From Nannocystales bacterium (GTDB lineage: Bacteria > Myxococcota_A > Polyangia > Nannocystales > Nannocystaceae): 23,543 nt of DNA. The notes beneath the pieces were generated by a model. The model saw nothing but the letters and a program-made list of their open reading frames with translations, ran no database searches and was not told the DNA's origin. Position numbers and translations under genes: made by a program. Below are positions 8,339 to 17,330 of this stretch, piece by piece. Numbering within the stretch: position 1 is the stretch's first letter; each line of letters starts with the position of its first letter. The stretch is taken from assembly GCA_050633305.1 (NCBI GenBank), contig JBOEGF010000062.1, forward strand, positions 1 to 23,543, given 5' to 3'.

Positions 8339-11300
8339 ATGATCGACTCTATCATTCGCTGGTCCCTACAAAATCGCCTCGTCGTGCTCACGGCGGCGGT
8401 CATCCTCTTGGTGTGGGGCGCGGTCGAGACGACCCGCACGCCGGTCGACGTCTTCCCCGACCTCACCGCGCCCACGGTCACGGTGATCACCGAGGCGCAT
8501 GGCATGGCGCCCGAGGAGGTCGAGACCCTGGTGACGTTCCCCATCGAGACCGCGCTCAACGGTGCCGCGGGTGTCCGCCGGATTCGGTCCTCGACCGCCG
8601 CCGGCATCGCGCTGGTCTGGGTGGAGTTCGAGTGGGACACCGACATCTTTCGCGCCCGCCAGACGGTTGCCGAAAAGCTCCAGTTGGTTGCGTCCACGCT
8701 TCCATCCGAGGTCGAGCCCCCGGTGCTTGCGCCCGTTACCTCGATCATGGGCGAGATCATGTTCGTCGCGGTGCAGTCCGAGGCGCACAGCCCGATGGAC
8801 GTGCGCACACTGGTCGACTGGACGATTCGTCCTCGGCTACTCGCGGTTCCGGGCGTCTCCCAAGTGGTGCCCATCGGCGGAGCCCGCAAGACGCTGCAAG
8901 TCGCCGTGAACCCGGAGAATGCCCTGCAGCGCGGGATTGCGCTTTCCGATGTCATCGAGGCGACCCGATCCGGGAACCAAAATGCCGCCGCAGGGTTCTT
9001 AGTGGAGGGGCCACAGGAGAATGTCGTGCGGGGGATCGGACGGGCGCAGACCCCTGAAGACCTCGCGCAGACGATGGTCGAATCCGCCGACGGCTACCCG
9101 ATCGCAGTGCGTGAGGTCAGCCAGGTCAGCTGGGCTGCGGGCGTCAAGCGCGGCGATGGGTCGTTTGGCGCTTCGCCGGCGGTCGTCATCGGCATTCAAA
9201 AACAACCGTCGGCCAACACTCTCGAACTCACCGGTCGCATCGACACCGTCCTCGACGACCTGGAAGCTTCTCTTCCCGACGGGATGACCCTGCAAAGGGA
9301 GGGGTTTCGGCAGGCGAGCTTCATCGGCAGAGCTGTCGATAATGTGTCGGCCGCGCTGCGAGATGGGGCGATCCTTGTCGTCATGATCGTGCTGGTGTTC
9401 CTGGCCAGCGGCCGCGCGACCATCGTTACGGCGCTGGCGATCCCCCTGTCGTTGCTCTGCACGGTTCTGTCGCTGCAGTTTATCGGCGCGAGCATCAACA
9501 CGATGACGCTCGGCGGCATGGCGATTGCCGTGGGTGCGCTCGTGGATGACGCGATCATCGACACCGAGAACGTCGTCCGCCGGCTGCGGGAGAACGCCGC
9601 CCTTGCTGCGGAAGAACAGCGCGCCGCGATCACGGTCGTCTTCGAGGCGAGCCGAGAGATTCGGACTTCGATCGTCTTCGCCACGCTGGTCATCGGACTG
9701 GTGTTCGTGCCGGTGTTCTTCCTCGAAGGGGTCGAAGGGCGGCTCTTGGCGCCCTTGGGCTTTGCGTACATCGTGTCGCTGTTCGCATCGCTGGTCGTCG
9801 CGCTCACGGTCACACCCGTGCTTTGCCTGATCCTTCTGCCCGGGTCTCGGGTCGTCCGCCGCACCACGACCCCAGCCGCCACCCGGATCCTGCAGACGAT
9901 GTACGCGCCCGTGCTCGCGCTGACGCTGTCGCGGTGGAGACCCATCAGCGCCGCATGTCTGGCCCTGCTGGGTGGGTCGGTCGTCGTTCTCGGCATGTCG
10001 GGACGAGCGTTCCTGCCGGAGTTCAACGAGGGCGCCCTGACCATCAGCGTGGTCACCATTCCGGGCACCTCGCTCGAGCAGTCCAACGCCCTGGGCACCT
10101 GGGTCGAGGAGATTCTGATGGAGCAGCCGGAGGTCGCGTCCACGACCCGCCGAACGGGTCGGGCCGAGCTCGACGAGCATGCGCAGGGAGTCAACGCCGC
10201 CGAGATCGATGTCCGGCTCACCCAAGAAAGCTCCAGCGACGGGCGAACGCGCGCGGCGTTCTCCGAGGCGCTGCGAGCCGAGTTCGCCCTGATCCCCGGG
10301 ACGGCGGTCATCATCGGTCAGCCGATCTCACACCGCATCGATCACATGCTCTCGGGGACCCGGGCGAACGTGGCGGTCAAGATCTTCGGGCCCGACCTTC
10401 AGGAATTGCGTCGCCTCGCCGAGCGAGCCCGGGCGTCCATGGAGGGCATCGATGGGGTCGTCGATCTCACCATCGAGCAGCAGTCCGAGGTCCCCACGAT
10501 ACTCGCGCGCTTCGACCGGGCGGCCCTCGCTCGTTATGGCCTGACGATCCAGCAGGCGTCCGAAACGATGGAAGCGGGCGTTCGTGGTCTCTCGGTGTCG
10601 CGGGTCCTCGAAGGGAACATCAGCTTTGACGTTGTCGTGCGCCTGGACCCGGCCCCGTCCGACTTCGAGTCGCTGGGTGACCTGTTGATCACATCGCCCA
10701 GCGGAGCACGGGTGCCCCTACGGGCTATCGCGCAGCTCAACCGCGATGTAGGACCGAGCACGATTTCGCGGGAAGACGTGGAGCGCAAGGCGGTCGTGTC
10801 ATGCAACGTCGCGGGCCGGGCGTTGGGCAGCGTGGTGCAAGACATCCGTGCCGCCGTAGGCACGGAGGTCCCCCCGCCGGACGGCTATCGCATCGAGTAC
10901 GGCGGGCAGTTTCAGAGCGCCGAGGAGGCGTCGCGCATCCTCCTTCTGGTCGGGGCCGGGGTGATTTTGGGTATCCTCGTCCTGCTCGTGGCCGCGCTGC
11001 GTTCCACGCGCGACGCCCTGCTGGTGATGCTCAACCTTCCGCTCGCGCTCATCGGCGGCGTGCTCGGCGTGTTCCTGTCCGGGGGCGTCCTCTCGGTCGC
11101 GTCGATGATCGGCTTCATCACCCTGTTTGGCATCGCAACGAGAAACGGCATCATGCTCGTCTCCCACTTCGGGCACCTCGTCGAGCAGGAGGGGGTGACG
11201 GATCGGAAGGAGGCGGTCTTGCGTGGATCCGTCGAGCGCCTCGCCCCGATCCTGATGACGGCGATCGCCACCGCCCTGGGGTTGGTGCCCCTCATGTTGG

Positions 11301-11461
11301 CGGCTGGCGACCCGGGGAGCGAGATCCAGGCGCCAATGGCGGTCGTGATCCTGTCCGGCCTGGCCACCTCGACCGCCTTGAACATGCTCGTCGTCCCCGC
11401 GTTGTATCTTCGTTTCGGACGCTACCGACTTCACCGCAGGACTTCCGATGCACGAACATGA
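8339..11461 (+). CDS. czcA: CusA/CzcA family heavy-metal RND permease
   Basis: 1040 aa; VDVFPDL, PEEVETLVTFPIE, TM4 GGMAIAVGALVDDAIIDTEN, FLPEFNEG, GIATRNGI, ERLAPILMTA. Confidence 0.96.
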   Translation: MIDSIIRWSLQNRLVVLTAAVILLVWGAVETTRTPVDVFPDLTAPTVTVITEAHGMAPEEVETLVTFPIETALNGAAGVRRIRSSTAAGIALVWVEFEWDTDIFRARQTVAEKLQLVASTLPSEVEPPVLAPVTSIMGEIMFVAVQSEAHSPMDVRTLVDWTIRPRLLAVPGVSQVVPIGGARKTLQVAVNPENALQRGIALSDVIEATRSGNQNAAAGFLVEGPQENVVRGIGRAQTPEDLAQTMVESADGYPIAVREVSQVSWAAGVKRGDGSFGASPAVVIGIQKQPSANTLELTGRIDTVLDDLEASLPDGMTLQREGFRQASFIGRAVDNVSAALRDGAILVVMIVLVFLASGRATIVTALAIPLSLLCTVLSLQFIGASINTMTLGGMAIAVGALVDDAIIDTENVVRRLRENAALAAEEQRAAITVVFEASREIRTSIVFATLVIGLVFVPVFFLEGVEGRLLAPLGFAYIVSLFASLVVALTVTPVLCLILLPGSRVVRRTTTPAATRILQTMYAPVLALTLSRWRPISAACLALLGGSVVVLGMSGRAFLPEFNEGALTISVVTIPGTSLEQSNALGTWVEEILMEQPEVASTTRRTGRAELDEHAQGVNAAEIDVRLTQESSSDGRTRAAFSEALRAEFALIPGTAVIIGQPISHRIDHMLSGTRANVAVKIFGPDLQELRRLAERARASMEGIDGVVDLTIEQQSEVPTILARFDRAALARYGLTIQQASETMEAGVRGLSVSRVLEGNISFDVVVRLDPAPSDFESLGDLLITSPSGARVPLRAIAQLNRDVGPSTISREDVERKAVVSCNVAGRALGSVVQDIRAAVGTEVPPPDGYRIEYGGQFQSAEEASRILLLVGAGVILGILVLLVAALRSTRDALLVMLNLPLALIGGVLGVFLSGGVLSVASMIGFITLFGIATRNGIMLVSHFGHLVEQEGVTDRKEAVLRGSVERLAPILMTAIATALGLVPLMLAAGDPGSEIQAPMAVVILSGLATSTALNMLVVPALYLRFGRYRLHRRTSDART

Positions 11462-12389
11462 GATCGAACGCTTTGAGCACCGTCACTCCTTCGTCAGCGA
11501 TCGGCACACCGGCGCGGAGCGGCGGACTCGCTGGGTCGTCGGCCTGACGCTGGTCATGATGGTGGCGGAGATCTCCGGCGGCATGTTCTTCGGATCGATG
11601 TCACTGCTCGCGGATGGATGGCACATGGGAAGCCATGCCGCCGCGCTCGGGGTGGCCGCCTTTGCCTACTGGTTCGCACGCCGCCATGCCGCGAACCCGA
11701 GGTACAGCTTCGGGACGGGGAAAGTCGGTGCTCTCGGTGGTTTCGCGAGCGCAGTGGGGTTGGTCCTGGTCGCGCTCCTGATGGTTGGCGAGAGTGCGTG
11801 GAGGTTGGCGACGCCGGTATCGATCATGTTCGACCAGGCCATCGCGGTCGCGGGCGTGGGCTTGGTCGTCAACCTCGCGAGTGCGTTCATCCTTCGAGAT
11901 GACCACGACCACAACCACGGACATAGCCACGACCACGATGCTCATCGCGATCACAACCTTCGCGCCGCATACCTGCACGTTCTGGCGGACGCGCTCACTT
12001 CTGTTCTCGCGATCGTGGCTCTCATCGCGGGTAAACTCTACGGCCTGACGTGGATGGACCCGATGATGGGCATCGTCGGTGCCCTGGTGATCTGCAGGTG
12101 GTCTTACGGACTCCTACGCGACACGAGCGGCGTTCTGCTCGATGCCGAGGCTGGAGACGCCCGCCGGGCCGCGATCCAGCGCAAGATCGAAGCTGACGCC
12201 GACAACCGGGTCGCCGACCTCCACATCTGGCGTGTGGGGCCCGAACATCTGGCCGGTATCGTCGCCGTCGTCACGCACGATCCGAAGCCGCCGGAACACT
12301 ACAAGCGCCTGCTGGAAGGGGAGTCAGACCTCGTGCACCTGACGGTTGAGGTTCTCTCGTGCCCGGGCGACTCACCGAAGGCAGCCTAA
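11448..12389 (+). CDS. dmeF: CDF family Co/Ni efflux transporter, DmeF-like
   Basis: SMSLLADGWHMGSH, FGTGK, His-rich loop HDHNHGHSHDHDAH, DHNLRAAYLHVLADALTS, DLHIW. Confidence 0.9.
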   Translation: MHEHEIERFEHRHSFVSDRHTGAERRTRWVVGLTLVMMVAEISGGMFFGSMSLLADGWHMGSHAAALGVAAFAYWFARRHAANPRYSFGTGKVGALGGFASAVGLVLVALLMVGESAWRLATPVSIMFDQAIAVAGVGLVVNLASAFILRDDHDHNHGHSHDHDAHRDHNLRAAYLHVLADALTSVLAIVALIAGKLYGLTWMDPMMGIVGALVICRWSYGLLRDTSGVLLDAEAGDARRAAIQRKIEADADNRVADLHIWRVGPEHLAGIVAVVTHDPKPPEHYKRLLEGESDLVHLTVEVLSCPGDSPKAA

Positions 12390-12958
12390 CGAGCGTGAAG
12401 CCAATGCTGGGTGCCAAGCTTCCGTTTCGATCGCTCTCCACCGGTATGCAACCGGCTTCTGCCGCCGCTCCTCGACCTCCTGACGAGACTTGAGCCACGT
12501 TGCGAGCCCGGCAACAACACCCAGCCACGGGCTCAGAAGCTCACCCCAGAACCATCCGAACACCAGCTCACGACGAAGCAACTCGAGCGTGCTGATGCAG
12601 CGAACGCCGACCTCCGAAGGGCGCATACGTCCGGAATCTTGACGTTCGGACGCTATGTTCAACTTCTTCGGGTTCGCGGCCGCGGAGCGCGCGACCACCG
12701 AACTGACGGGGTTGTCTTCCCGGCGCCCACCGTGGTCCGGTGTCCCCATCCGCCAAAATGTAGTGGCGCCCATCGCCGACTTCAACCGCGTCGCTGACCG
12801 GCATGCCACGAAGCCCACGCGCCGGGTGGACCGGCCTCGATGCGATCGTCGAGCTCCTCAACGACGTTGCGATGTGGTTCCGCCCCCTGAAAACCCGTAC
12901 TGGAGCGGACCGGGGCGGGCCCGGACGAGACATCCGCCGCAGGGGAGGAGGCTGAGCA

Positions 12959-13508
12959 TCACTTGTTCGCCCCGCATTTGCCCTCTCCCCCGCACTTAGC
13001 CTCGGCGCCACACTTCATTTCTCCCCGGTCATCCTTGTGCTTGGTGGCTGCCGCTTTCTTCGGAGCCGTGTCTGTTGGCGCTTTCGCAGGCACCGCGGGG
13101 GGCTCTTTCGGAGCCACGACCTCTGTGACCGCGCGCGCCTGGTCTGGGGAAACGGACGGGGTACGCTTCGAGCGGCGACGCTTCTTGGCCGCCTTCGGCG
13201 GCGGCGACGGCACCACAGCAGGCTCGCTCGCCGCTGCAGCGACACCGCCTTCGAGCGGATCCACGTTCGCCCGGTCGGCGATCGGCACAGCAGGCACGTC
13301 CGGCTCTGCGGATGCTCCGCACTTGCCGGCCCCGCACTTCCCTTCGCCGCACTTTCCCTTCGCCGCAGCTTGCCTCACCGGCGTCAGCAGCCGGAAGAAC
13401 CTCTTGAGCTGGTGTCGAAATCTCGGGGGCGGCTGGGCTATCGCACGCGACCAGGGCTGCTCCTGTCCCGAGGGCGGAGAGGATTTTGTAGATTGTTTTG
13501 GCGTCCAT
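12959..13508 (-). pseudogene. Frameshifted lipoprotein with seven xxxCG repeats (EGKCG type, HvfA-like); 182 aa if repaired
   Basis: Lipobox LVAC; one extra A at 13353-13355 (GGGAAAG versus GGGAAG in the adjacent 15-bp repeat) joins two ORF-track frames: EASCGEGKCGEGKCGAGKCG...EMKCGAEAKCGGEGKCGANK. Confidence 0.8.
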
Positions 13509-13515
13509 GAATCCC

Positions 13516-14949
13516 TCAAGTCGCGCAGCAGCTGAGCTTGGAGACGTCTTTTCCGAACGTGATTGCGGCGAGCTTGATTCCTTCGGAGAGCGTCAAGTAC
13601 GGGTGCAGCAGTTCGCGCAATTCGGCGATCGTCAGCTGGCCGCGGATTGCGACTGCCAACTCCATGAGTAGCTCGGATCCCTCTGGGGCGAGGATCCGAG
13701 CCCCCAGCAGTCGGTCCGTTTTTCGGTCCCGGATGAGCTTGATGAAGCCGCGAGTGTCGCGGGCCGCGAGGGCGCGTGGAACGTAGCTCATGGGCAACGT
13801 CGCAGCTTCGGCGTCGAACCCCGCCGCGCTCGCCTGCCGTTCGTCCATCCCGATTCCTGCCACCTGCGGGTCGGTAAACACGACCCATGGCGTGGGTTGA
13901 CCGCTGCGAAGGAGGGACGCGTCGGAGAGCGCATTTCTAGCCGCCCGTGCCCCATCGGCAGCTGCGGTGTGCACAAACATCTCGCCGCCCGCCACGTCGC
14001 CTGCAGCCCAGACTCCCGGTGCCGTGGCCTGCAGGTGCTTGTTGACCCGGATGAAACCACGGTCGTCTGTCTTGACGCCGGCGGCGTCCAGCCCAAGTGC
14101 ATCTGTATTGGGCACGCGCCCTGTGGCCAGCACAATGTGCTCCGCGCGGAACGTGACGCGCTCGCCATCACGTTGGCCGTGCAGCACCGCCTCGCCGGAC
14201 TCGCGCTCCACCGATTCGATTTGGACGTGGTTCTCGACCGCCACCCCCTCCTCGACCAGAAACGTCGCGAGCCCGTCGCCGATGTCTGGAAGTTCGCGCG
14301 ACAACAGCCGGCTGCGCGTGACGATGGTGACCTTCGTGCCGAAGCGGGCGAACATCTGCGCGACCTCCAGCGCGATGTAACCTCCGCCGACAACGAGCAT
14401 CGAGGTGGGAAGCGCCTCGAGTTCGAACGCACTCTCGTTGTCGAGATACCCGACCTCGCCCAGCCCTGCGATTGGCAGCGAGGCCGGCCGGGCCCCGGTC
14501 GCGATGATGATCTTGTCTGCGAGCAATCGGCGCCCATCAACCTCGACCTCGGTCGCGCTCACCAGACGAGCTCGGCCGTCGATGCGGGTGAACCGCGGGA
14601 GATCGGCGACCACGTCGACATACTTGGCTTGCCGGAGTTCCTCCACCAACGCTCGCTTCTGCGCGATGACCTGCTTGAAGTCCGAAACACGCCCCGAGGT
14701 TTCCACCCCGGCGAACGAATGTCGCTGCGCGCGATGAACCACATCCGCCGCACGGATGAGTGTTTTCGAGGGCACACAGCCGACGTTGACGCAGGTTCCA
14801 CCGATCGGCAGACCGTCGTTGATCATCGTGACGCGCGCACCCAACTCGGAGGCCGTGATCGCAGCGGAGAAGGCGGCCGATCCTCCACCAACGATCACGA
14901 CGTGTGGGGGAGCGGAAGGGACAACCGACATGTTCTTTTTCGTGCTCAT
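13516..14949 (-). CDS. merA: Mercuric reductase without N-terminal NmerA domain
   Basis: GGGSAAF, GGTCVNVGCVPSK, LRQAKY, HPYLT and C-terminal LSCCA. Confidence 0.96.
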   Translation of the reverse strand: MSTKKNMSVVPSAPPHVVIVGGGSAAFSAAITASELGARVTMINDGLPIGGTCVNVGCVPSKTLIRAADVVHRAQRHSFAGVETSGRVSDFKQVIAQKRALVEELRQAKYVDVVADLPRFTRIDGRARLVSATEVEVDGRRLLADKIIIATGARPASLPIAGLGEVGYLDNESAFELEALPTSMLVVGGGYIALEVAQMFARFGTKVTIVTRSRLLSRELPDIGDGLATFLVEEGVAVENHVQIESVERESGEAVLHGQRDGERVTFRAEHIVLATGRVPNTDALGLDAAGVKTDDRGFIRVNKHLQATAPGVWAAGDVAGGEMFVHTAAADGARAARNALSDASLLRSGQPTPWVVFTDPQVAGIGMDERQASAAGFDAEAATLPMSYVPRALAARDTRGFIKLIRDRKTDRLLGARILAPEGSELLMELAVAIRGQLTIAELRELLHPYLTLSEGIKLAAITFGKDVSKLSCCAT

Positions 14950-14984
14950 TGGATAGCTGCCGACGGGTGCGGGCGGGAGACGGT

Positions 14985-15650
14985 TCAGGAGTTGACGGCC
15001 GCCGACGGATAGCCGATGTCGGTCGTGGCCTTGGTGAGGTCGTCAACCTGCACCTTGGCGGGGTCGAACTCGACCACCGCCTGCGGCGGATTGCTCGTCA
15101 CGTCGATCACCTTCACGCCGTCGAGGGCTGCAAGCGCCTTGCGAACGTTGTGGGGGCATGCCGCGCAGGTCATGTTCTCGATCGAGAGCACGACACGCTC
15201 GCGGTCTTGTGCGACGGGGGCGGCTGCGAGTGCCTGGGCGGTGGCAGCACTGCCTGCGGGCTCGCTGTTTGACCCGTCTGCCCACCCAACGATGCTCGGC
15301 ACCATCAAGAGTCCACCGACCAGCAGCGCGACGCCCCACAGGGCAGCCTTGTTGACCCGGTCGGTGCGTGGGTCCGCGCAAAGGCTGCCCGGCACACACG
15401 CCTCCGGCTCCGAGGATTTGGCGTAGACGCGAGAGAAGGCGAACCCGAGGAAGCCACCCGTCGCGAGCGTGAGCAGGGGTTTGATCGGCTCGAGGAACGT
15501 CAGGCTGCTCATCCAGGCACCCGACGCGCCCAGAGCGATCAAGACAAGTGGCCCCACGCAGCAGATCGACGCCGCCACAGCAGCGCCAATGGCCGCGCCA
15601 AGAGTTCGGCGAGAACTGACCTTCGATTGGATTGGGTTCGTACTTGACAT
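14985..15650 (-). CDS. merT: MerT-MerP fusion mercury transporter
   Basis: ASICCVGPL, GAW, LEP and ACVPGSLCA (MerT), followed by HMA domain NMTCAACPHNVRKAL...GYP; alternative start GTG 15656. Confidence 0.92.
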   Translation of the reverse strand: MSSTNPIQSKVSSRRTLGAAIGAAVAASICCVGPLVLIALGASGAWMSSLTFLEPIKPLLTLATGGFLGFAFSRVYAKSSEPEACVPGSLCADPRTDRVNKAALWGVALLVGGLLMVPSIVGWADGSNSEPAGSAATAQALAAAPVAQDRERVVLSIENMTCAACPHNVRKALAALDGVKVIDVTSNPPQAVVEFDPAKVQVDDLTKATTDIGYPSAAVNS

Positions 15651-15692
15651 GGTCACGTCTAGGCAAACGAGATTGCCTCTCCAGAAGTTTCG

Positions 15693-16121
15693 CTATTGAA
15701 CGACCGTACTCAACTCCGGAGTCGGGTCGAGTGCTTCGATCAGTGGGCAGGCATGCGGGGACAGAGACCCGCAAGAGCGAACCAGCCCTCTAGAGCTTTA
15801 CGCATCGCACACAGGTCCAAAAACTCTGGCTTCGACTTCTGCGTTCTTCGCCTTCGCTCGGCTCCGCATCCGCCCGCACTATGCCTCGCTGCGGCTGCCT
15901 CGCAACGCGAGCATCTCCTCGACGTCGTCAAGAGAAGAACCCAACTGCTGGGCCCGCGTGATGAAGCGGATGCGGCGCAGCACTTCCTCACCGTAGCGGC
16001 GCCAACCCGAAGTCGGAGATTCAGGCTGTCGGATGAGACCTCTCCGCTCGTAGAATCGGATGGTCTCGACGTTGACGCCCGCCTCAACGGCCAGCCGACC
16101 AATAGTTCGTCCTTCGGACAT
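15693..16121 (-). pseudogene. merR: Second merR copy, inactivated
   Basis: GVNVETIRFYERRGL HTH; TAG at 15879-15881, then two frameshifts; the remainder still reads CGRMR...SCGSLSPHACPLIEAL. Confidence 0.85.
15695..15725 (-). promoter_or_regulatory. Degenerate MerR-type promoter/operator upstream of merTP
   Basis: CCGACT-CCGGAGTTGAGTACGGTCG(19)-TTCAAT; weak -35; overlaps the 3' end of the merR pseudogene. Confidence 0.5.
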
Positions 16122-16141
16122 GTGCAGCCTCCCTGGTCATC

Positions 16142-16173
16142 AGCGTAAGCTCCGGACACGGGTACGGAGTCAA
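16142..16173 (-). promoter_or_regulatory. MerR-type promoter/operator
   Basis: TTGACT-CCGTACCCGTGTCCGG...-TACGCT with 19-20 bp spacer, similar to Tn501 TTGACT-CCGTACATGAGTACGG. Confidence 0.8.
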
Positions 16174-16314
16174 GCGCGGTCTGCCGGCTGCATCCAAGAG
16201 CCCGCTATGCGGATCTATGGGCGGCACCTTGGTGCCCGGTGCCGTACGTGAGAACGGCGACGCTCTGTCACCTGCGGCCCGCTGCCTGTTCGGCTCCGCG
16301 GAGGGCAGCGCTGT

Positions 16315-16737
16315 TCACGAGCGAGTGTCGAGCGCATCGAGGATCGGGCATGGGCGGCCGGTCCCATCTTCAGGACAAGAGCCCGCAAGATCCGCCAGCA
16401 CGTCTCTCACCGCCATCAGGTCGCGGACCTTGTCATCGATCTCCGCGATCTTGTCCCCAGCCTTCTTGCTCACCCGTTTGCACGTCGCTGGACTCGCGGA
16501 CCCACGGAGCCCAAGCAGCTCCTTAACCTCCGCCAGGGTGAAACCGAGCTGCTGGGAGCGCTTGATGAACCGTATGCGACGCAGCGCGGTCTCGTCGTAT
16601 CGCCGCCAGCCTTGCAGAGGCTTGCGCGGCTGCCTGAGCATTCCAATGCGCTCGTAGTACCGGATCGTTTCCACGTTCACCCCCGCATCCTGGGCGAGCC
16701 CGCTGATCGTCCAGGTTTCCTGCTCCAGGTCGGCCAC
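16315..16737 (-). CDS. merR: Hg(II)-responsive regulator MerR
   Basis: GVNVETIRYYER, RFIKRSQQLGFTLAEV, three Cys (TCKRV, SCPEDGTGRPCPIL) at the Hg-binding positions. Confidence 0.92.
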   Translation of the reverse strand: MADLEQETWTISGLAQDAGVNVETIRYYERIGMLRQPRKPLQGWRRYDETALRRIRFIKRSQQLGFTLAEVKELLGLRGSASPATCKRVSKKAGDKIAEIDDKVRDLMAVRDVLADLAGSCPEDGTGRPCPILDALDTRS

Positions 16738-16739
16738 TA

Positions 16740-16755
16740 CCGTATCTTAGTACGG
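16740..16755. promoter_or_regulatory. MerR operator next to the merR start (autoregulation)
   Basis: CCGTA-TCTTAG-TACGG, 2 bp from the GTG start. Confidence 0.7.
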
Positions 16756-16834
16756 AACTCGTACCTGCGCACTGGCGGACGGAACCTGGACGGCGGCCGT
16801 TGGATGGGCGGCACGAGGAGGTAACGAAACAGCC

Positions 16835-16865
16835 TTGAATCCGGACCCTGGTACGGAGCTATCCT
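16835..16865 (+). promoter_or_regulatory. MerR-type promoter/operator for the Fe-S gene-merB unit
   Basis: TTGAAT-CCGGACCCTGGTACGGAGC(19)-TATCCT. Confidence 0.85.
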
Positions 16866-16871
16866 GAGCGC

Positions 16872-17330
16872 ATGGAAGCACCGGTCACGACCTGCCCTGC
16901 ATGTGGATCGCGCGGACGTCGCGTCGCGGACGCCACTGTAGAAAATCTGGTGAAAGGTGACCATGCAGCCGCGCTTGCCGGTCGTGCGTTGTTCTGTTCG
17001 AGCGGAACGTGCGAGGTCGTCTACTTCGAGCCTGGCGGCGTCGTGGTCCCGAAAGCAGATGTTCGCGTGCCGGTGTTCCAGAAAGAGACCGACCCTGCGC
17101 GTCCGGTCTGCTACTGCTTCGATCATTCGGTGGAGGACGTCGTGGCCGCCAAACGCGCCGATGGGAGCAACGCGATCGTCGAGTCGATCACCGCCGCGTG
17201 TCGAGCCGGCCTCGACCGCTGCGAGGAAACGAGCCCTCAGGGCCGTTGCTGTCTCGGCAACGTACGGGCCGTCGCAAAGGCTCCCCCACAGGCCAAAACA
17301 TCCCCCTCGTGCTGCGGAGACAGCCCGTGA
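16872..17330 (+). CDS. Cys-rich Zn/[2Fe-2S] metallochaperone-like protein (Archaeoglobus CopZ N-terminal domain type)
   Basis: CPACG, FCSSGTCEVVYF, VCYCF, CEETSPQGRCC, C-terminal SCC. Confidence 0.85.
   Translation: MEAPVTTCPACGSRGRRVADATVENLVKGDHAAALAGRALFCSSGTCEVVYFEPGGVVVPKADVRVPVFQKETDPARPVCYCFDHSVEDVVAAKRADGSNAIVESITAACRAGLDRCEETSPQGRCCLGNVRAVAKAPPQAKTSPSCCGDSP

Noticed and set aside
4287..11547. Many long antisense and alternate-frame ORFs over the efflux operon
   Set aside because: Expected shadows of high-GC coding sequence, with no motifs.
12390..12958. MNIO/DUF692 partner gene or other CDS downstream of the xKCG gene; imperfect dyad at 12624-12657
   Set aside because: No recognisable motifs in the frames I read; the dyad does not match the MerR or BlaI-type boxes.
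12959..13888. 309-aa minus ORF
   Set aside because: The 5' part overlaps merA out of frame; only the portion after the 13353 frameshift looks coding.
13972..13983. MerA FVH in place of the usual FVY as an inactivating change
   Set aside because: Both Cys pairs and the tyrosines in AKY and PYLT are intact.
15879..15881. Recoding of the TAG in the second merR
   Set aside because: Additional frameshifts follow, so this is ordinary decay.
17009..17326. Extended N-terminus of merB
   Set aside because: Overlaps the 16872 gene out of frame and is Arg-rich noise.
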